Positions 46,654 to 54,522 of a stretch of DNA of 64,000 nt are shown in pieces. The DNA comes from a virus, in IMG/VR virus record IMGVR_UViG_3300045988_062794. One strand, 5' to 3'. The notes under the pieces were generated by a model that worked only from the letters and a program-made list of their open reading frames with translations, did no database searches and had not been told where the DNA came from. Every line of letters starts with the position of its first letter. Within the stretch, counting starts at the first letter, position 1. Position numbers and translations under genes: made by a program.

Positions 46654-47052
46654 ATGGAAAGGAATAAGAACTTCGCGCATTTTCTGCAACAGATAGGATA
46701 TATTCCATATGAATTAGATATGAAAGTTCAGAAATTCTTTAATGTCAAAGATCCTGATTTTATTAGTTCATATGGTCCTATAAATATAGAGTTTTTTCCA
46801 TCTTGGCTAGGGCCAGAAATACCGCTAAATGCGGTAGTAAACAGGAGTGAAAACTTCTGTTATGGATTGCATGAACATGGACACAGTCCTTGTTTAATCT
46901 ATCCACGACCATATGTACTATGGACAAATGATCTAAATGAACTAAGAGCTACTAAAATATACCCGGATATAATTATGGATCGTATAATCTCTAAATACAC
47001 GTGTGAAGAGATATACCGTGCCATAACGCAAAATAATATGCTTATTCTCTAA
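46654..47052 (+). CDS. hypothetical protein
   Basis: 132-aa ORF containing GLHEHGHSP. Confidence 0.5.
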   Translation: MERNKNFAHFLQQIGYIPYELDMKVQKFFNVKDPDFISSYGPINIEFFPSWLGPEIPLNAVVNRSENFCYGLHEHGHSPCLIYPRPYVLWTNDLNELRATKIYPDIIMDRIISKYTCEEIYRAITQNNMLIL

Positions 47053-47069
47053 TATCCCGGTAATTAGAA

Positions 47070-47155
47070 GTAAATGTAGTTTAAACACTATTATAGTGTA
47101 AGGAGAAAACAAGCAATTTTCATTGCTTATAAGAGTTCGAGTCTCTTCATTTACT
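47070..47155 (+). ncRNA. tRNA-like element 1 (acceptor + T-arm canonical, interior non-canonical)
   Basis: Acceptor gtaaatg/catttac and T-arm aagag-ttcgagt-ctctt. The interior 54 nt fold as gttt…aaac plus a 6-bp/6-nt-loop hairpin aagcaa-ttttca-ttgctt. I found no 5-bp/7-nt anticodon arm. Confidence 0.45.
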
Positions 47156-47183
47156 TTTTTTAGATCATTTTAAATAATACAAT

Positions 47184-47534
47184 ATGCTAAGATTAACAAC
47201 TATTCAGAAGTTACCGTGGACGAAACTATTCTCGGTAGCAAATTTGTTTATACGCTATTTGGGTCTTACTAAGTATGACGCATTTCGGCTAGCGTATAGT
47301 TGCGTGTGTGGTCATAATATCCTTATTCAAGGGCCACAAAGAACCAATTTCTATTTGTTGCATAATAAACTGTCTAATATCAATTTTCGAGTATATCTTG
47401 AACAAGTTGATGGTTTATCTATGCAAATAGATAGAAAATACTATGAACCTGTGAGAATGGGTTTAGAGAGAAAAGGTAAACCAAATCTTTGGGAAAGCAA
47501 ACTCAAAGAGGTACTGATTTTTAGAACTATTTAA
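47184..47534 (+). CDS. hypothetical protein
   Basis: 116-aa ORF. Confidence 0.5.
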   Translation: MLRLTTIQKLPWTKLFSVANLFIRYLGLTKYDAFRLAYSCVCGHNILIQGPQRTNFYLLHNKLSNINFRVYLEQVDGLSMQIDRKYYEPVRMGLERKGKPNLWESKLKEVLIFRTI

Positions 47535-47551
47535 CTTAGATAAGAGTAGAA

Positions 47552-47947
47552 ATGACAATAAAACTTTTATTTAATTATAAGAATTTAGATCAAAAACTTC
47601 GCCAAATAAAACTTTTACAAACATTGTTTGGTTTAGGTTTAAAGGAAGCTAAATATGCTGTAGATTGTGGAGAAATTCTACAATGTGAATGTGATAAAAG
47701 TATAGTCGAAACGATTCGAAGTAGTAATGCTAATATTGAAGTAATAACACTTCCTTCTCCAATAAAAGCAGAAGAATCATTTCAGCTAACAGTTTATTCG
47801 AATTTACAGAATTTATTTCCTCAGGATAAGTCAGAATGTGTACTTATAAGTAAAGAAGAATATAATCTTTTAACTAAATACAAAGGATTATACTTAGATA
47901 TAATTGGTACTCTCAACAATGTTGTAAAGCAATTTTCAAATTCTTAG
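47552..47947 (+). CDS. hypothetical protein with ribosomal L7/L12 C-terminal-domain-like motif
   Basis: IKLLQTLFGLGLKEAKYAVDCGE compares with the L7/L12 motif …ATGLGLKEAKDLVE…. Confidence 0.35.
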   Translation: MTIKLLFNYKNLDQKLRQIKLLQTLFGLGLKEAKYAVDCGEILQCECDKSIVETIRSSNANIEVITLPSPIKAEESFQLTVYSNLQNLFPQDKSECVLISKEEYNLLTKYKGLYLDIIGTLNNVVKQFSNS

Positions 47948-47989
47948 TTTTATACCTTTACTCAGTTATTAATTAATAATTTATCAAAA

Positions 47990-48499
47990 ATGGAAAATCA
48001 AAGTTCAGGAGCCTTTAAAGGCTTTGTCGCAGTAATTTTATTGCTGCTTGGAGTATGTGCCGGCATTTGCACATACAAGTACGTGAAGGGAGAAATCCCA
48101 AACATTACACAATCCGCTACGGAAGAGTTTATTGAATCCGAGATGGAAGCAGTGCCTACAGTGGAAGAAGCTATGCAAGAATGGAATGATCTTAAAGAGT
48201 CATCCAGGTGTTACGAAGTTTATAGTAACTTTCCACCTGAAATAATGCAGGCATTGTTCGAGAAATTAGGAACGCAAGAGCCTATAAAGAGGTATGTTCA
48301 AGAGTATGAACGTAACAGGGAATACTACATATCTCTACAGATTGCGGAACAATTAAAACATCAAGGACTTAATAATCCTGGAGTAGATGGAAAAAGGATT
48401 GAAGGAGTAGAAATAACTACTAAGTTAAAGAAAGAAAAGGAACCTGAGAAGGTACCAATTCCAGCAAAAGCTGCCAAGGATACAATAGTGTATCAATAA
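47990..48499 (+). CDS. N-terminally membrane-anchored protein
   Basis: 169 aa with the TM segment FKGFVAVILLLLGVCAGICTY. Confidence 0.5.
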   Translation: MENQSSGAFKGFVAVILLLLGVCAGICTYKYVKGEIPNITQSATEEFIESEMEAVPTVEEAMQEWNDLKESSRCYEVYSNFPPEIMQALFEKLGTQEPIKRYVQEYERNREYYISLQIAEQLKHQGLNNPGVDGKRIEGVEITTKLKKEKEPEKVPIPAKAAKDTIVYQ

Positions 48500-48850
48500 C
48501 AGTTTACAACTTCATTATTTCTTCAGTGGCTGTACTTGCATGCGAATGTAGGTGCAGTCGTCCTCAGAAAATGACAAACCTGTGGGGCGTAAGTAACTAA
48601 GTAGTAATACTATAATGTCAGTATGTAGTATTACACTGAAACTGACTGTTATGATCGTGCGGACGTAAAAATCAGGTAGATGATAAGAATTGTACTGACA
48701 ATACAATTCTGCTGTATCTTAAAACAAGTTTTGATAGTCAAATTTTCCTAAACCAATCCTCGTTATTAGGTAAAATTTCTTTTTGTTTACGTATTGCTAC
48801 AACAATACACATCTGTTATGTATTTATTTTGCATTGTAGTTGTAGATACA

Positions 48851-49315
48851 ATGCCGTCATCAACAATTTTAATAAAATCAAAAATGAAAGCAACAGTAAA
48901 CGGGTTAGCAATGATTGTATTGCCTCCCAACATTTCTGTAGAAGAAGCAGAGGTTTTATTCTCTGAAGTACTTAAAAAATTGCGTTCAGAATCTGCTAAG
49001 ATTTCTGTTATTAACGCTAACAATGAAGCATTTGCAAGTATTTTTAATGCTAATGACTTATTCAAGCCAAGTGAAGCTCGAGTATTACTTGCAGATAATT
49101 TATTAGTAAAGTTTGCGCAATTTGTTAACGATCCTATCTCTTTTGCAACGGCGTTTGTCAGTGAGTACTATGGCCCTCGTGATGAAATCAATCATGCTGT
49201 AGTAACAGATATTGCCAGTATTGAAGAAGGCTCTGCTGATTGGGCTTTATTCGAGAGAAAGAGATTAACATTTCTTATCTATCAATGTCGTAACATTCTC
49301 AATAATCAACGATAA
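48851..49315 (+). CDS. hypothetical protein
   Basis: The track ORF starts at a TTG at 48794. I prefer the first in-frame ATG with sensible sequence, at 48851 (MPSSTILIKSK…). Confidence 0.45.
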   Translation: MPSSTILIKSKMKATVNGLAMIVLPPNISVEEAEVLFSEVLKKLRSESAKISVINANNEAFASIFNANDLFKPSEARVLLADNLLVKFAQFVNDPISFATAFVSEYYGPRDEINHAVVTDIASIEEGSADWALFERKRLTFLIYQCRNILNNQR

Positions 49316-49437
49316 TGGGAAAAACGAAGAAAGATAGTAGAGAACAAAAGGCTATGCATAGAAAAGATTCTATGCATAAGCCTAAAATGACTCCTTACAA
49401 AAGAGAGTCAAAAAGTAAAAGAATATACGAGAAGTAA
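49315..49437 (+). CDS. possible 40-aa highly basic micro-protein
   Basis: Its ATG overlaps the upstream stop (TAATG). The sequence is MGKTKKDSREQKAMHRKDSMHKPKMTPYKRESKSKRIYEK. Confidence 0.2.
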   Translation: MGKTKKDSREQKAMHRKDSMHKPKMTPYKRESKSKRIYEK

Positions 49438-49689
49438 CTCGCCAGTTATAACTCTTTTATTAATAACTCTAAAGTTAACGCTTATGAGTATGGTGGTTAT
49501 CCCCAAGCATGTTAAACCTAACGCCCTAAACTCACTAAAATGTATATGAAGATATATACTACGAGTTGTGTATTTATATACAAATGACATAGTAAAAGTT
49601 CTATGTTAATTATAAGAAGGAAAGGAGGTAAGATAGGAATAAGGAATAAGAATACTATCTCATGCTTTTTACTTTAGAAACTTATTTGT

Positions 49690-49956
49690 ATGTTAGAAAG
49701 AATAGAAATTAAAAAACTTGTAAAACAAGCTGTTTCAAGAGATCCACCATTAAACTGGTATCTCTATCATATGTGCATATATGGTCGTTTTATATCAAAA
49801 TTAACTGATTATGTTAGCAGTTTTTGTCTTCGTACAGCGAGAAGTTATGAAACATTAATTAATAATATAATTAGTGGTTATGATCCAGTTAATTTTGTAT
49901 TAGATGATCATAAATATGAACGTAGATCAGTATTTGAAGGTATTTATCATTACTAA
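49690..49956 (+). CDS. hypothetical protein
   Basis: 88-aa ORF. Confidence 0.45.
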   Translation: MLERIEIKKLVKQAVSRDPPLNWYLYHMCIYGRFISKLTDYVSSFCLRTARSYETLINNIISGYDPVNFVLDDHKYERRSVFEGIYHY

Positions 49957-49982
49957 TTATTAACATTTAAAACATTATCAAA

Positions 49983-50402
49983 ATGGAAGAAAAAGACATT
50001 ATTTCGCAGATCAAAGAAGGTAGAACAGTGAGCAAGTCTATGGTAGAAGAAGTAAATAAGGATATCCTCAAAAACAAAGAGGATGCTCTGAAAAGAGAAC
50101 TTGCAACAGCGCTGGTCGACAGCGAGTACAATGTTTCATACAGCAAACTGAAACTGAAACGTGCTCGTGCATTTGAGGAAGTAGAACGCACTCACATTCA
50201 GGAAACCGGTGCAAATCGGGAATCTCTCATGGCAGGCGGTCTGACTCCGGAAGAGTATAACAAGAAACAGAAGGAAATTGACAAGAAGCGCGAAGAAGAG
50301 CTTCTCAAAGTAAAACAAGAGTACAATACCTATCTTCGTCAGCTGAATGATCAGAATCCGGACATTTCCTGGGATACTCGAAAGAATAGTTTTAATAACT
50401 AA
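49983..50402 (+). CDS. hypothetical coiled-coil protein
   Basis: 139-aa K/E-rich ORF. Confidence 0.5.
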   Translation: MEEKDIISQIKEGRTVSKSMVEEVNKDILKNKEDALKRELATALVDSEYNVSYSKLKLKRARAFEEVERTHIQETGANRESLMAGGLTPEEYNKKQKEIDKKREEELLKVKQEYNTYLRQLNDQNPDISWDTRKNSFNN

Positions 50403-50842
50403 TCTACAATCCAGTACTAAAGTGTCTATGTACTAATAGTATGTGTAATGTGAATCTTGAGTAGCATTACAGAGAGGAATAAACCTCTCTACTCAAGTCC
50501 CTTGTGGCAGTAGTAGGATATATGAGCGTATCAAAGACGGCAAGTATGTGTGCCTTAGTGCCAGCTTTTTGCTACATACTTTCTATCAAAGATTTCAAAT
50601 TGAAAACAGTATATGCTTTATGCTAGATTCTATGAGTATGTCTTGTATTTTGTTTAGCATTCAATAAGTCCCAGGCATGGGCAAGGAATCAATAACACTA
50701 TTACAAATATACTCTTTATAGAATCAATACTATTAGTAAATTCTTAGAGAGTAAGGAGAGTGATCTCCTTACTTTCACTATATTCACGGTATAAGAACTG
50801 TGCTGTGTCTTATTAGGCTTATTAATCATTGTTAGGACGGGG

Positions 50843-51388
50843 CTATCGTATGCCCCCATCTCCACTATACTTTTGTGCAATTATATTGCATAATTTAATA
50901 GTATCTTCATGAGACATTGTATTTTTCATATAATTTATTGCAGTAGATATAAATTGTACATTACCAATTTCATATCCTTTAGAAGAATCTATTCTATCTA
51001 AAGATGCAGTATAAATAGGATTATTATGATTTTTAGTATAAGTTGCTAATTGTAATTTAATTCCAGTATATGGACAAATACCGTTTTGTTGTTCCCATAT
51101 TTCTTTTAGATATTCTAATGTTAAATTAAAGTTTTTAAGTCTTTTCTTTGCATTTCTAAGATAATATCTAAAAGGAGTAAATTCATCTTTGCGATTATTT
51201 GAAATAAGATTAATAATATTACCACTTTTATTATTTTTATTTCCTTTCATTGAACAAGATCTACAACAATAATTATGTCTTTTCAATCGTATATTACGAT
51301 TATATTCTGTAATTGGTTTATCATACAGTTGTCCACAATTATCACAAACTATTTGAATTAATTTTCTATTCTGTTTATATTTTAACAT
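50843..51388 (-). CDS. HNH/His-Me-finger homing endonuclease with N-terminal zinc ribbon
   Basis: CDNCGQ…CCRSC forms the zinc ribbon. ASLDRIDSSKGYEIGNVQFISTAINYMKN fits the LDRID..GY..N…N endonuclease pattern. It is antisense to the surrounding operon. Confidence 0.6.
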   Translation of the reverse strand: MLKYKQNRKLIQIVCDNCGQLYDKPITEYNRNIRLKRHNYCCRSCSMKGNKNNKSGNIINLISNNRKDEFTPFRYYLRNAKKRLKNFNLTLEYLKEIWEQQNGICPYTGIKLQLATYTKNHNNPIYTASLDRIDSSKGYEIGNVQFISTAINYMKNTMSHEDTIKLCNIIAQKYSGDGGIR

Positions 51389-51591
51389 AATATTAAAATT
51401 TTTAATTCGAAAACGTATAATATGTGGAATAGTTCTGTTTCGATATTAAAATATACGGGGATGAACGGTTTTGACTAGCAATTAGAGAGATAAGATAGGT
51501 TCGTTGTGTGTTTAAATGGCAATATTTTTGTCACAGACTATACCGGCTTAGTAGCTGCGTAAGTTTGCGTGCTAACTACGAAAGTGAGGGA

Positions 51592-51657
51592 GATAATATA
51601 GTTCAATGGTAGAATAATGCTTATGCATAGATCTGGGTTCAAATCCCAGTATTATCA
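51592..51657 (+). ncRNA. tRNA-like element 2 (66 nt, anticodon arm replaced by 4-bp/tetraloop hairpin)
   Basis: gataata-ta-gttc-aatggta-gaat-a-atgc-ttat-gcat-agat-ctggg-ttcaaat-cccag-tattatc-a. U8, A14, G18G19 and TTC…C61 are all in place. Confidence 0.6.
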
Positions 51658-51675
51658 CATTAAAATTCTATTAAT

Positions 51676-51990
51676 ATGAACAAGGAAGGTATAACGTACA
51701 GTAGTTATCTACAATATGTAGAAGAGAATTTACCGTTATCTTGGCGGAAAGTATCTCAGAAATATAATGTAGAAAAGCAATTGATTGAAGCAATCGCAAA
51801 GTATTGCTATGAACACCTCTTAAAAGGTTGTGAACTATATTATCATCTTCATGAAAATGAATTGATATGTAGTGCTGACTTTAGTAGAGAATCTCAAGGA
51901 ATAGATTGGTGGATGGATTTAAGCTCAGAAGCCAGTATGTTAGAAAACAATGGTTGTATAGAAACATTCTGTGACAATGACAAAGAGTGA
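51676..51990 (+). CDS. hypothetical protein
   Basis: 104-aa ORF. Confidence 0.5.
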   Translation: MNKEGITYSSYLQYVEENLPLSWRKVSQKYNVEKQLIEAIAKYCYEHLLKGCELYYHLHENELICSADFSRESQGIDWWMDLSSEASMLENNGCIETFCDNDKE

Positions 51991-52372
51991 AAGCAAGTTT
52001 TATAATTACAATTTCAGTTATTTTGATACAGATCAAGGATTTGTATGTGCTGGAATAAGAGACAATGTTGTCGGTATGTATAACTTACTCGTCTCAAAAG
52101 GTGCCAACGTAGTTAATAAAGATGCAGATATAATTAGAATTAGCAGTAAGAAACCTATTGTTTTATTCTGTTTTAACAGCAATACTAGCATTGGCAATAA
52201 ACTTGGTAGTGTCCAGATAATGTCTCATCATTGGTGGAATTATTATCACAACAAAGCACACAGGCATTTGAGTAAAACAAAAATCCATACATATAACTTA
52301 CCTTCGCAATGGAATAAAGTACTGATGGAAGGCTGCGTATGGAAGGAAGTAGAAGTATTAATACCAGAGTAA
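51971..52372 (+). CDS. hypothetical protein
   Basis: 133-aa ORF with a GTG start in the track. An alternative ATG lies at 51977. Confidence 0.5.
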   Translation: MTMTKSESKFYNYNFSYFDTDQGFVCAGIRDNVVGMYNLLVSKGANVVNKDADIIRISSKKPIVLFCFNSNTSIGNKLGSVQIMSHHWWNYYHNKAHRHLSKTKIHTYNLPSQWNKVLMEGCVWKEVEVLIPE

Positions 52373-52373
52373 T

Positions 52374-52568
52374 ATGAAAGTAGGTAAAAGAATTTATTTC
52401 GAGAATCAAAATGAGAGAAAAGAGTTCATTGCATTACTAAAGGATGCTAAGGACTCTATAGAAGCTGCCAGAATTATAAGTAAAACTTATAATAAGGATA
52501 TAACAGCTGCTATGGAAATCGCTGAAGTTTATTTTAATTATATCAGAAAGGACGGTAAAAATGAATGA
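52374..52568 (+). CDS. hypothetical small protein
   Basis: 64-aa ORF. Confidence 0.45.
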   Translation: MKVGKRIYFENQNERKEFIALLKDAKDSIEAARIISKTYNKDITAAMEIAEVYFNYIRKDGKNE

Positions 52569-52986
52569 ATTGAAAGAAAGTGGAAGCTATTTAGTAGTCG
52601 TAGAAGGATGCGAAATCATTGCAGTAATAGAAGGATGCGCACCTATGTTACGAATAACTCGTGCATTTAACTTATCTAAGTTCATAGAAGATGGAACAAT
52701 GATCGACAGTAAAGAAGCCGTAGAGGCTATAAGTCAGAATCCTTCTAATTTCAATTTCAAACCATTAAATTTAACTGTTGAGCAATTCTCGTTGCAAGAG
52801 ATTAAACAAGACAAATCATTAGCTTACACTAATAAAGAATACCAAAGATGGTTATCTATCTGTGGTAGTATTGACGATAGTGTTCTAATTAGCAATATCA
52901 TGCTCGAAAAAGGGTTTAGTCATGCACAAGCAAACTTAATAGTTGAACAGTTATGGAAGGACAAAAGAAACTCATTACAGCGGTAG
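52561..52986 (+). CDS. hypothetical protein
   Basis: 141-aa ORF. Confidence 0.5.
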   Translation: MNELKESGSYLVVVEGCEIIAVIEGCAPMLRITRAFNLSKFIEDGTMIDSKEAVEAISQNPSNFNFKPLNLTVEQFSLQEIKQDKSLAYTNKEYQRWLSICGSIDDSVLISNIMLEKGFSHAQANLIVEQLWKDKRNSLQR

Positions 52987-53432
52987 ATGAGCAAGACTTA
53001 AACAAATATTTAAGGAGTCGATTAGTAGAACCATATCTTCCAAAAGATTTAGTAGAAGATTGGTCTATATTTGGGTCTGTAGTATCAAATGTATATGGAC
53101 CAAACGGTATATTACCACCTGAATACAGAAACAACGATTTAAAACTATGGCTACTACATAAGTTGCAAGTAAAAGCGTTGTTAAAGTATGCTCAGTGGAA
53201 GATTTTCAGTAATATAGCTATGCTAAATAACAGAAGATCCACTGATAATGTATTAACAAGGATATTTGTATCTAAGTTAAACAATTTGGAACTGCCTAAA
53301 GTTTATGCAGATGAAATATTTGATAATTTTCATCTACAATATGTGGTACGCAAGCCTGTCTTTGAAGACTATTTTGTTATCAAAGTATTAGGTTTACCAT
53401 TCGGGTATGAACGAAAGGAGTGTCCTTTTTAG
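52953..53432 (+). CDS. hypothetical protein
   Basis: 159-aa ORF. Confidence 0.5.
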   Translation: MEGQKKLITAVDEQDLNKYLRSRLVEPYLPKDLVEDWSIFGSVVSNVYGPNGILPPEYRNNDLKLWLLHKLQVKALLKYAQWKIFSNIAMLNNRRSTDNVLTRIFVSKLNNLELPKVYADEIFDNFHLQYVVRKPVFEDYFVIKVLGLPFGYERKECPF

Positions 53433-53466
53433 ATAGGTAGGGGTTCGACTCCCCTACTTATCACCA
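53432..53466 (+). ncRNA. tRNA acceptor/T-arm minihelix ending in ACCA
   Basis: 12-bp helix gataggtagggg/cccctacttatc capped by the T-loop ttcgact (G53…C61 context), followed directly by ACCA. Confidence 0.55.
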
Positions 53467-53485
53467 CCATTTAGTTTATTAGCCT

Positions 53486-54046
53486 ATGAAGAGAGAAGAT
53501 GAAGACAATCTAATTAGGCAGGCTAAACTTGGCGATCAGAAAGCTTTTAGTACGCTTTACGACCGTCACAAGCCATTAATTCGATACATTATCTTTGATA
53601 TTGTAAAGAATGATGATGTAGCAGATGATCTCCTATCTGTTACATTTACTAAGGCTTTCAGTCGTATAGACTCATATGTTAATCCTATTTCATTTGAGTT
53701 ATGGTTGAAGAGTATTGCGGTCAATACCTCAATTGATTACATACGACACACTAAGAATGAGAAGCAGAATCATTATATTGATTCCGAGGATAATTACATT
53801 CAATTGCAAGATAGTGAATTGTCTGCAGAAGATATTATATCTAAGCGAGAATCTATTGATCAATTGAAAGTAGCTCTGAGTAGATTGAGGTTTAAGTACC
53901 GTAATATATTAGAATTACGGTACTTTAAAGGCCTCAGCTATGAACAACTCGCAAATGAATTAGCCGTGCCTATAGGAACTATAAAAAGTGACTTAAACAA
54001 GGCTAAAAAGAAATTACGAGAATTCTATAACAAACTTAATAACTAA
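53486..54046 (+). CDS. ECF-type (sigma-70 family group 4) RNA polymerase sigma factor
   Basis: Region 2 (FSTLYDRHKPLIRYIIFDIV…DDLLSVTFTKAF) and region 4 (LELRYFKGLSYEQLANELAVPIGTIKSDLNKAKKKL) are both present. Confidence 0.8.
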   Translation: MKREDEDNLIRQAKLGDQKAFSTLYDRHKPLIRYIIFDIVKNDDVADDLLSVTFTKAFSRIDSYVNPISFELWLKSIAVNTSIDYIRHTKNEKQNHYIDSEDNYIQLQDSELSAEDIISKRESIDQLKVALSRLRFKYRNILELRYFKGLSYEQLANELAVPIGTIKSDLNKAKKKLREFYNKLNN

Positions 54047-54058
54047 TATTTACAAACA

Positions 54059-54439
54059 ATGGCAGAAGTAGCAATTATCGCAATTGTAGTCATCTTATTA
54101 GCCATCATTATCGGTAAGGCCAACCATAGTGATGCATTAATTTGGAGATTACTATTCGTCTTTAGCCTTACTGTTTGCGTATCTGTTGGTCTTCTCTATA
54201 TTCTGAATGAAAAGCCAAAGCTTTCAGCTCAGACTATTGAGAAAGATAGTAAGATGATTATAGATGCAGACACGTCCCACACAGTAAACTTCAACCAGAT
54301 TACAATGGAAGAAGCGTCTTGTGACACTGTGGGTCAGGACACTACATCTTATGATCATCTTACTCGGATACAGTGCATAAACATGATGCCAGCAATTGCA
54401 AAAGCAATAGCTGAGCATGCTATCTTTGATTCTTCATAG
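54059..54439 (+). CDS. two-TM membrane protein downstream of the sigma gene (an anti-sigma role is only a guess)
   Basis: TM segments IIAIVVILLAIIIG and LLFVFSLTVCVSVGLLYIL. It starts 12 nt after the sigma stop. Confidence 0.5.
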   Translation: MAEVAIIAIVVILLAIIIGKANHSDALIWRLLFVFSLTVCVSVGLLYILNEKPKLSAQTIEKDSKMIIDADTSHTVNFNQITMEEASCDTVGQDTTSYDHLTRIQCINMMPAIAKAIAEHAIFDSS

Positions 54440-54522
54440 ATGGTGAGATCTAAAGACATTACTGAGAATGAGAATTAGCTTAAAAGCGTAGTATTAACAA
54501 TTTAAAAAGTATCAAACTTAAA

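Noticed and set aside
48515-49590. Minus-strand ORFs 48515..48706, 48787..49065 and 49408..49590
   Set aside because: They are antisense in a plus-strand operon and lie in spacers or opposite a better plus-strand ORF. The same reasoning applies to the minus-strand ORFs 49967..50191, 50136..50318, 52185..52409, 52916..53134, 54224..54418, 54760..54990, 56111..56311 and 62341..62616, and to the plus-strand alternative-frame ORF 60520..60705.
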